Below are positions 8,710 through 17,444 of a stretch of DNA of 64,000 nucleotides, in pieces (positions within the stretch are counted from its first letter, which is position 1; each line of letters begins with the position of its first letter). The DNA is from Muribaculaceae bacterium (GTDB lineage: Bacteria > Bacteroidota > Bacteroidia > Bacteroidales > Muribaculaceae): the NCBI GenBank assembly GCA_017473615.1, contig JAFUKL010000024.1:4029-68028 (forward strand), read 5' to 3'. The notes below the pieces were generated by a model. That model ran no database searches. It saw nothing but the letters and a program-made list of their open reading frames with translations, and was not told the origin of the DNA. Made by a program: the position numbers and the translations under genes.

Positions 8710-9405
8710 ATGAAAAAGTTTTTGAGTGTTTCTTTGAGCCTTGCTTTGCTATTTGGAACAACAGGTTGTTCTGTTCAAAATGCGACTAATACGCAGAAGG
8801 GTGCAGTTATCGGTTCGGCAGGCGGTGCAGCGGTAGGTGCCAGCATCGGGGCTTTAATCGGAGGAGGAAAAGGTGCATTGATAGGCGGAGTATTAGGAAC
8901 TGCGGCAGGTACAACGGCAGGTATACTGATAGGTAAGAAAATGGATAAGCAAAAGGCTGAACTTGAAAAAATCGAGGGTGCGCAAGTAGAAACCGTTACT
9001 GATACTAATAATCTGCAAGCTATCAAGATTACATTTGACAGCGGTATATTGTTCGGATTCAATAAAAGCGATTTGAGTGCTAATGCCAAGCAGTCTTTAA
9101 GCGAATTTGCACAATCCTTGAAGAATAATCCTTCAACTGATGTTACCATTTACGGTTATACTGATAATGTGGGTAGCCTTGAGGCAAACAAGAAAGTCTC
9201 TAATCAACGTGCGTTGACTGTACAACAATATTTAATGGAGTCGGGTGTTCCCACCAATCGCATGACGGCTCAAGGTCTTGCATGGGAAAATCCTGTGGCA
9301 AGTAACGATTCTGAGGCAGGGCGTGCGCAGAATCGCCGTGTTGAAATCTATATCACTGCTAATCAGGAAATGGTGAATCAGGCAAATGCAGGTACATTAA
9401 GATAA
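8710..9405 (+). CDS. OmpA-family lipoprotein with an N-terminal glycine-zipper segment
   Basis: Lipobox LLFGTTGCS; glycine zipper GSAGGAAVGASIGALIGGGKGALIGGVLG; OmpA C-terminal domain motifs (GYTDNVGS..NQ.LS..RA, NRRVEIYI). Confidence 0.9.
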   Translation: MKKFLSVSLSLALLFGTTGCSVQNATNTQKGAVIGSAGGAAVGASIGALIGGGKGALIGGVLGTAAGTTAGILIGKKMDKQKAELEKIEGAQVETVTDTNNLQAIKITFDSGILFGFNKSDLSANAKQSLSEFAQSLKNNPSTDVTIYGYTDNVGSLEANKKVSNQRALTVQQYLMESGVPTNRMTAQGLAWENPVASNDSEAGRAQNRRVEIYITANQEMVNQANAGTLR

Positions 9406-9426
9406 CAAGGCTGTTCTTATAAACCT

Positions 9427-9472
9427 AAAGGAGCTGAGCCAAAAAACAATTTTGACGCAGCTCCTTTTTTAT
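9427..9472 (+). terminator. Intrinsic terminator of the OmpA-family gene (shares a 31-nt identical block with 43284-43314)
   Basis: aaaggagctg ... cagctccttt hairpin followed by tttttatt. Confidence 0.8.
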
Positions 9473-9493
9473 TGTCGGTGGTTAGACCGAAGA

Positions 9494-10051
9494 TTATTTA
9501 TTGTTACTTTCATTGATGTTCTTCATGAATAATTTTTCAAGAAGTTCCATGTCAATTGAAATATCTTTGTTGTTCTTTAATTCCTCATACAGAAGTTTCA
9601 AATAGTCGTTTCCCTTGATTTCAAGTACCATATAATTAGTGTATTGTCCCGTTTTTTCATCCTTAGTCCAACGGTCACACACGATAGTCGCATTGGTAAT
9701 AGTCTTGTTGACGGTTACTTTGGTTTTATCGTTAAGTAGTGACTTGGAAACGGCTGACAATTGTCCTTCAGATAGGGCAGTTGTATAGTCCTCTGTGGTT
9801 GCGTTGACGGTTCTGGAAAGTGTTGCTGCTAAATCGGCTGAAGCCGCAACTTGCGCCTTTTTGCGTGCTGAGGTTTCGCTATCCGATTTTCCTGATGCCC
9901 ACGCACGTATTACGCCTTCACCGCTTTTCAATTCGGAACAAGGCATTACGAATGTTTTTATAGGGCTTTTTTCTACTTTTTTTGAAGACCCGCAACTGCT
10001 TAAACATAGAGTTCCCAAAAGAACAGCTACGTATAAAAGATGAGATTTCAT
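9494..10051 (-). CDS. LPP20-like lipoprotein (185 aa), last gene of the nine-gene operon
   Basis: Lipobox LCLSSCGSS. The helical segment SARKKAQVAASADLAATLSRTV resembles the LPP20-family A..A...A...LA pattern. Confidence 0.7.
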   Translation of the reverse strand: MKSHLLYVAVLLGTLCLSSCGSSKKVEKSPIKTFVMPCSELKSGEGVIRAWASGKSDSETSARKKAQVAASADLAATLSRTVNATTEDYTTALSEGQLSAVSKSLLNDKTKVTVNKTITNATIVCDRWTKDEKTGQYTNYMVLEIKGNDYLKLLYEELKNNKDISIDMELLEKLFMKNINESNNK

Positions 10052-10061
10052 TTTGTTTTGT

Positions 10062-11405
10062 TTAATTTAAGTTTAACTTCTTTATTTGATTGGGTAAATT
10101 ACGGTTAACACGCTTCATAACTTCCCTTATGCACTGTGCAATTGTTTCATTTGCTTTCTTGTGTACGGGAGAGAGAACTTTAACTCTGTCAACCGAATAA
10201 TCCAGCAAGAGTTGCTCACTTTTATTGTTATAAATCTTAATAGTCAAAGTACAATAACAGGTGTTCAAATCGTAGCTGCCTCCTGTAACGGTATTACCGT
10301 TCTCTATTACGCTTGATATTTCAATGAAACATTGAGCAGCGTCGGGGGCTTCGGTTACAACGAAATGGTTATTGGTGAACAAACTCCTTAGTTGTCGCTC
10401 GATACCTTCCAAGTCGTTGTCGTCGCTGATGTGAATATAAGCTGTTACCGGACTGTTCTTTAATTGAATGGTAACTTTAGCCGATGGCATGGCTTGATTC
10501 TTGAGCAGTTGCTTATAGGCTTTTGGCAAGGAGTTCAAGAAAGAGTCATCAATGGAAATACGTACTTCCTGTACCTTGTCTTTGGATGTGATGTTTGTAA
10601 TGTAAAATTCGGCTGTTCCGGTATGGTCGGTCTCTATAGCATCAGATACAGCACCGCTGCCGGAAATAAATTCGGCTTTAAGTTTTACGTTAGGAATCAC
10701 ATTACCGTTTTTTGAAAGGCAACCGGCAATCGGTGTCGGGACAGCCTTAAATGACTCTCCCTCCACAAGAGTTACATTAGTTGTAATAGCCATGTTGCTG
10801 AAAACGTTGACATAAGCAGAGTAAAGTTCTGAAGGTATATTTATTTCATGACCGTTTTCTATGGTTGTCAAGTTCATAAATACCCAAGGCTCTACGGTCT
10901 CAAGTCCTTTCCCATACAATTGTACCGCTTGCGAAAGATTCATCGTATTTTCGGCATTCTGCCCTTTATGCAAATAGTCAAGTCCTGATTGTATTGCATG
11001 TTTTCTGCGGGATTCGGCATTACGAGCATAAGTGTCCTTGTCGAGAACGTAATATACATAGTATGTTTTATCGGTTTTGTATGTATCTTTCAGTTCTTGA
11101 CCTTCGAGCCATGCTGCAAGTGAACTCTTGATTTTGTCCTCAAACATGTCACGGGACTTTCCGTCTACGTCTATAAGATGCAAGAATGAGTTGTTCTCTA
11201 CCTTGACGGCAATTTGTGACGAAATATCAGCCAAGGCGTTCTGGGTAGCTTTCTTCATATAGTCGGCATCGGAAACGGATGCCATGCCTATACCTACGTA
11301 TTCCTTATCTGATATCGGGTGTGTTGTAACCCAATCAGGCACATTTGCTGCGATACCGAAACATACGCATACCGAAAGCAGAAAAGTTGATAAAATCTTT
11401 TGCAT
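10062..11405 (-). CDS. LPP20-domain secreted protein (447 aa)
   Basis: It has a signal peptide. PDWVTTHPISDKEYVGIGMASVSDADYMKKATQNALADISSQIAVKV matches the LPP20 lipoprotein domain signature. The C-terminal ~250 aa are unassigned. Confidence 0.75.
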   Translation of the reverse strand: MQKILSTFLLSVCVCFGIAANVPDWVTTHPISDKEYVGIGMASVSDADYMKKATQNALADISSQIAVKVENNSFLHLIDVDGKSRDMFEDKIKSSLAAWLEGQELKDTYKTDKTYYVYYVLDKDTYARNAESRRKHAIQSGLDYLHKGQNAENTMNLSQAVQLYGKGLETVEPWVFMNLTTIENGHEINIPSELYSAYVNVFSNMAITTNVTLVEGESFKAVPTPIAGCLSKNGNVIPNVKLKAEFISGSGAVSDAIETDHTGTAEFYITNITSKDKVQEVRISIDDSFLNSLPKAYKQLLKNQAMPSAKVTIQLKNSPVTAYIHISDDNDLEGIERQLRSLFTNNHFVVTEAPDAAQCFIEISSVIENGNTVTGGSYDLNTCYCTLTIKIYNNKSEQLLLDYSVDRVKVLSPVHKKANETIAQCIREVMKRVNRNLPNQIKKLNLN

Positions 11406-11423
11406 AACGTTCTGTATTAAAGT

Positions 11424-12683
11424 TTAGAATTTTGATACCGTTAAAATGATTGTTCCACCTTCAACACGAGAGTCGGCTTGAATACCTTCATCTCTTAAAT
11501 CTCTTTTAAGTTGAGATAAGAATTTAAACGGATTCATTTTTCTGCCTTTTTTATCGGCTTTAGGTATCATGATATAATCAAAAATCACTTGTTCGTCAAC
11601 GACACCTTGCATGTGATAATCACCATTGTGAGCGTTATCGTCAAGCCAGTACATGACGAAATCGGCAACGCTGTCGCCATTGGTGCATGCCGGGTCTTGC
11701 AGGCTCATCAATGTATTGCCCGCATCGTTAAGCAATGTGATCTGTAGAGATGTACGGGTAGGCTCGGAATAATACTTCAATATCTGTTCCAAGAAAGGCT
11801 TTATGTTGTCTTCTACGGCATATCGGCACAACGCATCCATAGGAGCAGTGCGGTAATACTGTTTTGAACCGCCCGTTTGTGAACCCCAATCGGCATTGGT
11901 GGCAACGTCATGAGCATGAAGAATCAATGATACTCGGCTACCTAAAGATGTGGTTTCTTTTTTCAAGTCTACAACTACGTAGACATCAGCATTGGAACTT
12001 GTGAGAAGAGTTCTGTCATTGGATTCCACTGCACCGGCATTCTCCTCATATTGTCCGCGTCGTTCTGCGCTTTGAATGTGTGACAATAGATCCATAGTGC
12101 GTATATCGCAATTGTTGAACCCTTTTTTAACTTCTTCCACAGCCGTGCGGCGGTCGAAGTCATTCTCCAAAATGGATTTATAGCTTTCTCCGTCTTTCTT
12201 GAAAGGAACTACAATTACCGTGGGTTTCGGCTGAGTCTGTTTTATAGTTTCTTGCTTTTCCCGGTAACCGGTATTCTTTCTTACGTCATTTATAAGTTGC
12301 GTAAGGCGTATGGTGATTCTATAAGTACCTTGGTGAACACCTCCCGATTTTTTTGGTTTAACATATTCCTCTGTTTCAACCAAGTAATGAACATATCGTT
12401 TGTTGAAATCGAAAAATGAATCGGTATATTTCTCATTAGCTTTAACGACAAGCGGTTTACCGTCATCCACCCCTTCTACACCCTGAAAAAACAGGGTGTA
12501 GAATAGAGATTGAATGGCATTTGCTTTACAACCGTCTTTACCGTCACCTACACCTGCCGATAAGAAGGTTCCTCTTACACCGCCGGTGGATTCCAAGCTT
12601 ACTATCGACAAATATTCTTCTGCTTTAACGGTGTTTATGCAGATGAATGACAGCAAACAAAGTATAGCAAATATTTTTTTCAT
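11424..12683 (-). CDS. Secreted protein (419 aa), an LPP20-like N-terminus plus an alpha/beta module; function unknown
   Basis: It has a signal peptide (MKKIFAILCLLSFICINTVKA). The gap to both neighbours is 10-18 nt. The central segment PTVIVVPFKK...AVEEVKKGFNNCDIRTMDL resembles LpoB/CsgG/TolB-N-type alpha/beta modules. Confidence 0.65.
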   Translation of the reverse strand: MKKIFAILCLLSFICINTVKAEEYLSIVSLESTGGVRGTFLSAGVGDGKDGCKANAIQSLFYTLFFQGVEGVDDGKPLVVKANEKYTDSFFDFNKRYVHYLVETEEYVKPKKSGGVHQGTYRITIRLTQLINDVRKNTGYREKQETIKQTQPKPTVIVVPFKKDGESYKSILENDFDRRTAVEEVKKGFNNCDIRTMDLLSHIQSAERRGQYEENAGAVESNDRTLLTSSNADVYVVVDLKKETTSLGSRVSLILHAHDVATNADWGSQTGGSKQYYRTAPMDALCRYAVEDNIKPFLEQILKYYSEPTRTSLQITLLNDAGNTLMSLQDPACTNGDSVADFVMYWLDDNAHNGDYHMQGVVDEQVIFDYIMIPKADKKGRKMNPFKFLSQLKRDLRDEGIQADSRVEGGTIILTVSKF

Positions 12684-12693
12684 ACGGTTTTAA

Positions 12694-13557
12694 TTAAAAA
12701 ATACCAAATGTCTTTTGCTCTTGAATTTGCTTGACTTTTAGAGGCTCTTTAGCTTGAGCTTCTTCGTCAAGGGCTGCATATTTTTCTATGATTACAAGAG
12801 CTTCTTTTTGTTTCTTTGTTACTTTACAATAAGATAAGGTTTCATCAACAACTTCTTCCACTTTAAGCTGAGCAACTTCTTTGTAAACAGTGCGTCCTGC
12901 TCTTGTGGTAGCATCCATGATTGCAAAATAATCGCCTTTCTTAACTCCGTGGCTTGAGCCTACATTAATGTAGCACTTTTGCAATTTTTTCTTTTTAGCT
13001 AAATAATCTGAAGGATTTACGGTTCCTTCGATAGGCAATATTTCTATTATTAATTCTTTTAAGTCAAGATCAATCATGTCGGCTGCTCCTGCGATGGCTT
13101 TTTCTTTAGTGTCATATAATTCAAGCGCATCCATTAAGCCGCCAAGACCTGAAGGAGAGTGGTCAAAAGCCTTAGTACCTACTGTGGTCTGTTCTTTTGC
13201 ATCGGTTACGGTAACGGTGTACTTAAGTACACAACCGTATTTGGTTTTTCCGTCTTTGACTTTTTGGTTGGTAGAAACGGTAAGTACATTGGCGTTCAAA
13301 ATGAAATCTGCCATTTCTTTTTGGCGTTTCTCAAGTTCCGGTTCAAGCCCGCTGATAGTAACAGCATCAATAAGTTCAAATCGTCCTGTTTTTGTCAATC
13401 CGTCAAGAATAGCTTGGCGAACCAATACTGCATTATCATTTGATACAGCATCGGCTTTATTGATTTTTTCAACAAAAATACGTGGTTTCTCACTTTGTGC
13501 TTGTGCAAAAACTGCGGCACATACCATCATTGTAATTAGGAAAATAACTTTTTTCAT
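12694..13557 (-). CDS. CsgG/LpoB-like periplasmic protein (287 aa)
   Basis: It has a signal peptide. RIFVEKINKADAVSNDNAVLVRQAILDGLTKTGRFELIDA resembles the CsgG/LpoB N-terminal pattern. The C-terminal beta-barrel-like motif is INVGSSHGVKKGDYFAIMD. Confidence 0.65.
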   Translation of the reverse strand: MKKVIFLITMMVCAAVFAQAQSEKPRIFVEKINKADAVSNDNAVLVRQAILDGLTKTGRFELIDAVTISGLEPELEKRQKEMADFILNANVLTVSTNQKVKDGKTKYGCVLKYTVTVTDAKEQTTVGTKAFDHSPSGLGGLMDALELYDTKEKAIAGAADMIDLDLKELIIEILPIEGTVNPSDYLAKKKKLQKCYINVGSSHGVKKGDYFAIMDATTRAGRTVYKEVAQLKVEEVVDETLSYCKVTKKQKEALVIIEKYAALDEEAQAKEPLKVKQIQEQKTFGIF

Positions 13558-13593
13558 AAAAATAAATTGTTAATTAGTTCGTAAATTCAAATA

Positions 13594-14754
13594 TTATAAT
13601 TTTGCTTGAGCTTCGGCACTGCCTAATTTGGCAGCCTTTTTGAAGTTCTTTCTTGCAAGCATATCGTTTATACCTACGTTGCCGCAACCGCTTTCATAGA
13701 TTATTCCCAGCATGTAGTAAGCTTTTGCACTTCCCGACTTGCTGAAATGACCTATAGCTTCAAGTCCTTCGCCGGCTTCGTATGCTTTCATCCCTGCTTC
13801 ATAATTTGCATCCGGCTTTTCTTCGGCAGCTTTGACCGTATTGTTCTTTTCACTTGCCGGTTCTTCGGTGTAAACGGTTTGGGGCTCTTCTTTAACAGTC
13901 GGAGCCGGTTCGCTTTGCGGAACTGACGCCTCTTGAGTCTCTTGGGCTGTCGGTTCCATATCGTTCTGTTTGTTTTCGTTACCTCCTGATAGGGCGAAGA
14001 ATCCGATAATTGCTGCTAATACAATAATAGCTATAAACCATTTCATGTTGCTGCCTCCTCCTGTCTGTTTGTGTTCAACTGATTTTGTGTTATCTACCGG
14101 TGTGAAGTCCTTTGCTCCGACCTGCGAAATTTTTGTGTTTGGTGTACGTGCCGAAAAGGCTGCAGCTGTTGCAATGGGTGTGACTTCGGGCTGTACGGCT
14201 TTGACAGCCGGTTTTAATTCGGCTGTGAGTTCTTTCTCGATTTTTTCAGTACAGTCTTCCAAGTCGAGCCGGTTAGCCAATGAATTCATGATTTGTCGCT
14301 CGGTAAATCTTATCTCACCGTTTGTAGCAAGGTATAGTTTCTGAAATTCTGTGCGGTATTCATTAATGGCTTTCTTTTCGCACTCGATACAGCGGTTTTT
14401 ACCTTTCACTTTACATTCAAGGCATATTTCCTTACCGCATTTTGGACAACGTGCATGTTTCTCTTCAAGAGCGTTACCGCACACTTCGCAATATTCGGCT
14501 TTCTTCTCGTTCATAACGTAAGTGGTGTTATGGTTTACGGTAGAAGAATTGTCGACATTGGAAGTGTTTACATTGTTATGGGTATTGGATGTCTTGTTGA
14601 CACCACCCATAATATTGGCGCGTGCTCCTGCTCCTATAATGGACGTTTCTTTATCCTCGCCCGATGTTGGAATTTCAGTGCCGCAGTTTTGGCAGAATCG
14701 TTCGTCAGATTCTATCTGTGTTCCGCATTCAGTGCAAAATTTTTCTTTGTTCAT
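13594..14754 (-). CDS. Bitopic membrane protein: N-terminal Zn-ribbons, one TM helix, C-terminal Sel1-type repeat
   Basis: CTECGTQI..FCQNCGTEI; CEVCGN..CPKCGKEICLECKVKGKNRCIEC; TM helix WFIAIIVLAAIIGFFAL; Sel1/TPR-like C-terminus AKAYYMLGIIYESGCGNVGINDMLARKNFKKAAKLGSAEAQ. Confidence 0.8.
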   Translation of the reverse strand: MNKEKFCTECGTQIESDERFCQNCGTEIPTSGEDKETSIIGAGARANIMGGVNKTSNTHNNVNTSNVDNSSTVNHNTTYVMNEKKAEYCEVCGNALEEKHARCPKCGKEICLECKVKGKNRCIECEKKAINEYRTEFQKLYLATNGEIRFTERQIMNSLANRLDLEDCTEKIEKELTAELKPAVKAVQPEVTPIATAAAFSARTPNTKISQVGAKDFTPVDNTKSVEHKQTGGGSNMKWFIAIIVLAAIIGFFALSGGNENKQNDMEPTAQETQEASVPQSEPAPTVKEEPQTVYTEEPASEKNNTVKAAEEKPDANYEAGMKAYEAGEGLEAIGHFSKSGSAKAYYMLGIIYESGCGNVGINDMLARKNFKKAAKLGSAEAQAKL

Positions 14755-14783
14755 CGCTCTTTGATGTGTTATTGATTGGTTTT

Positions 14784-15056
14784 TTACTTTTCTTTTTTCT
14801 GAATAATTGTTTCGGAAGGTTCATCCGAAGATATTGATGTTACACAAAAGTGTTCCGTTTGTTCTTCCACACTTCCCGTAACATATACTTTCTTACCGTG
14901 ATAGGGGGCAAAGAATGTATCATCGACCGGCATGCAGTTCGTTCTGTAAAGAGTGTATTCTTTACCGTCATTGCATTTCAAAAGAGCTGAGTGCCCCTCT
15001 GATTTGGTTCCGATATTCTGCATGCTATATTCAATTATTCCGAAAAGAGTTATCAT
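14784..15056 (-). CDS. Small cytoplasmic protein (90 aa), function unknown
   Basis: The ORF sits between two operon genes with 20-29 nt gaps. I recognised no motif. Confidence 0.55.
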   Translation of the reverse strand: MITLFGIIEYSMQNIGTKSEGHSALLKCNDGKEYTLYRTNCMPVDDTFFAPYHGKKVYVTGSVEEQTEHFCVTSISSDEPSETIIQKKEK

Positions 15057-15076
15057 TGCTGTCGTGTGATTAAAAA

Positions 15077-17416
15077 TTACTTAATGGAAGAACCGCAATT
15101 TTCGCAGAAAGCGGCATCGGTATCAACCTTTTCTCCGCATTCCGAGCATACTTTTGCCGATATGACTTTTTCTTCTGTGGGCTGTTGTTCCTCAGGTCTC
15201 GGATTGTTATTATCTGCACTTCTTTGTGGTTTTGGTTGTTTTGCGGTATTATCGCGAGTGGTATAATCCAAAGCGCGATCATAGGCGGTATCCATTCTGC
15301 TTTCTTGGCGGCGGATACGTTCGTCTTGTTCACGCAGTAATCTGTCTTTTTCGTCCAGTTTTTCCTGTGTGCGTTGGTTGTTGTCGGCACTTCTTTGAGC
15401 CTGCATACCGCTTGCCATGGACATCATGTTATTCATCATTTCAAACATGCGTGCTTTGGTGTCCTGCTGATCGGCATCACGTGCAGCTCGTTCGGCATCT
15501 ATGCGTGCGTCCAATTCACGTCTTTGAGCTTCCAAACGTTCTGATGTTTCACGCTCGCGGTCAGCATTGTACTTGTTTTGAGCGTATGCAACAGCACCGT
15601 CGCCGCCGTTCAATGCCCATACTTTTTCATCAGAAAGCGTCTGCGCATTTTCCCACTTCATGCGTTCTAATTCTTCAGCATTCTTCAGGCGATTCTGTTC
15701 CATTTCAGCCTCATGCTTGCGCTGGTTTTCCCGAGATTGTTCTTCTGCGGCTTGCATTGCAAGGAATTGACGGAATTGTGCATCATCGTCTTCACGTTTG
15801 AGGTCGTGCTGTCGTTTAACGTCATTATAGGCAATGTCACGCTTGCGTTGCTCTAAATCAAGTTTGGTATCTTCTATGGCGCGTTGTTGTTCCAATTTCT
15901 TATTGAAACGGCTGTCGGCATAATCGTCACGTAATCCTTGTATTTCAAGTTCCTTTTTGACGATTACTACTGCTTTTTCGGTTTCACCTTCAAGACGAAC
16001 CCTTTCAAATTCTATTCCATCGCGTAATTGCATCATTGCTAAGGATACGTTACGCTGATGAGAATTTGTCTTTACTTGATGAGCAAGAGTTTCAAGCTCG
16101 TCCTGTCTGATAAGACCTGTCTTGTATATTTCAGCCAATGCAGCTTGTGTCTCATTCTCGGTTTTCGCTTCACGTATCTTTCGCTCGTTAAGTAACAAAT
16201 GCTCGAATTTAAGCAATTCATCCTCGTTAAGCAGTTCTTCGTTGTGCTGATTCCTGTTTATGGCATTAAGTTTTTTTCTTAAATCAAGTTCAGTTTCAGC
16301 TTGGTGAATCTCTTGTGCATTGACTGCATCGGCAAGGCGATTTTTGAAATCATTTGTGCGGAGCAGGTAATCAAGTTCTTTCTCAGACAGGTATAATTCC
16401 TGACTTAATTGTGAAAAACGCTCCAAGTCTTCGCTTTTAGCCGAAATTTCAACGATACGAACCACAGAAAGCCCGAAGAACGTCTCTGCAGCAACTGCAT
16501 TTATACGGTCTTTTAATAGAGTATGCAGGTCGGTAGGAATGCGGTTTGATTCAAGTTCGGTATCGTATAGTGCATCTTGCAGAACTACGCGTATCGTATC
16601 AGCTATTTCATCAACAATTAACGCTGAATTAAGCTTTTGTTTGTCAGTCAGGTAATGTAGTATGAATCGTTCCGGATCGGAAATTTTGAAATAAGCGTTT
16701 ACACCTATACCCATTTTGATGTGGCGGGTTTGTATCTGCATCGGAACGAAGTTCTTATAATCATCAAGATTACTTTGCTTAGCTCCTATCATTAACGGAA
16801 ATGCCTTATCCAAGAGTATTATGACAGAAAAAGCCGCACCTTTTTCGGCGTTTTCCAAAATCACTTTCTGCTGATGCAAATATATTTCCTCTTCTGTCTT
16901 AACACCTGTGTTGTTCTTTTTTGTGCCGGAGAAGAGGTTTACTATCATTTGCCAACCTTTTTTCAACATTTTCCCTACAGAAAAGGATGAAGGCGAAGAG
17001 GTATTGGCCAAATCGTATGTTCCTCCGCTTATAGATGCTATGGTACGTCCGTTGGCTCTTATGTAGGCAGTTGTTCCTTCGGGAACTATTATACCTTGTA
17101 TTTTATTGTATGTCTCAAATTCAGATTCAGTTATTACGCGGGCTACTTGTCCCGGTTGAACGTTCCAGTAAATTCTGCCTTTTGCCGTATTCATGTCGTC
17201 CGGAACTTGAACGGGAGATGCTTTGGTCTCGGCTTGAGCGTTTACCTCAACCGTTGCTACGGTTAATTTATATCCGCATCGGGTGCAGAATTTTGCTCCC
17301 GGCTTCAATGGTGCATTGCATTGAGGACATAGGGATGAGGTCTCAATTTTTTGTCCGCATTGGGTGCAGAATTTTGCACCTTCGCGAAGTTCTGAATTAC
17401 ATTTCGGACAATTCAT
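15077..17416 (-). CDS. Zn-ribbon / SPFH (YdjI, COG4260-like) / long coiled-coil / Zn-ribbon protein (779 aa)
   Basis: Two N-terminal Zn ribbons (CPKCNS..CTQCGQKI; CPQCNA..CTRCGYKL). The segment GRIYWNVQPGQVARVITESEFETYNKIQGIIVPEGTTAYIRANGRTIASISGGTYDL is typical of YdjI/'virion core protein-like' SPFH proteins. About 350 aa are E/R/Q-rich coiled coil. The C-terminal Zn ribbon is CSECGEKVDTDAAFCENCG. Confidence 0.8.
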   Translation of the reverse strand: MNCPKCNSELREGAKFCTQCGQKIETSSLCPQCNAPLKPGAKFCTRCGYKLTVATVEVNAQAETKASPVQVPDDMNTAKGRIYWNVQPGQVARVITESEFETYNKIQGIIVPEGTTAYIRANGRTIASISGGTYDLANTSSPSSFSVGKMLKKGWQMIVNLFSGTKKNNTGVKTEEEIYLHQQKVILENAEKGAAFSVIILLDKAFPLMIGAKQSNLDDYKNFVPMQIQTRHIKMGIGVNAYFKISDPERFILHYLTDKQKLNSALIVDEIADTIRVVLQDALYDTELESNRIPTDLHTLLKDRINAVAAETFFGLSVVRIVEISAKSEDLERFSQLSQELYLSEKELDYLLRTNDFKNRLADAVNAQEIHQAETELDLRKKLNAINRNQHNEELLNEDELLKFEHLLLNERKIREAKTENETQAALAEIYKTGLIRQDELETLAHQVKTNSHQRNVSLAMMQLRDGIEFERVRLEGETEKAVVIVKKELEIQGLRDDYADSRFNKKLEQQRAIEDTKLDLEQRKRDIAYNDVKRQHDLKREDDDAQFRQFLAMQAAEEQSRENQRKHEAEMEQNRLKNAEELERMKWENAQTLSDEKVWALNGGDGAVAYAQNKYNADRERETSERLEAQRRELDARIDAERAARDADQQDTKARMFEMMNNMMSMASGMQAQRSADNNQRTQEKLDEKDRLLREQDERIRRQESRMDTAYDRALDYTTRDNTAKQPKPQRSADNNNPRPEEQQPTEEKVISAKVCSECGEKVDTDAAFCENCGSSIK

Positions 17417-17444
17417 AATATATAAGTTTTTGTGTTTGTTATCG

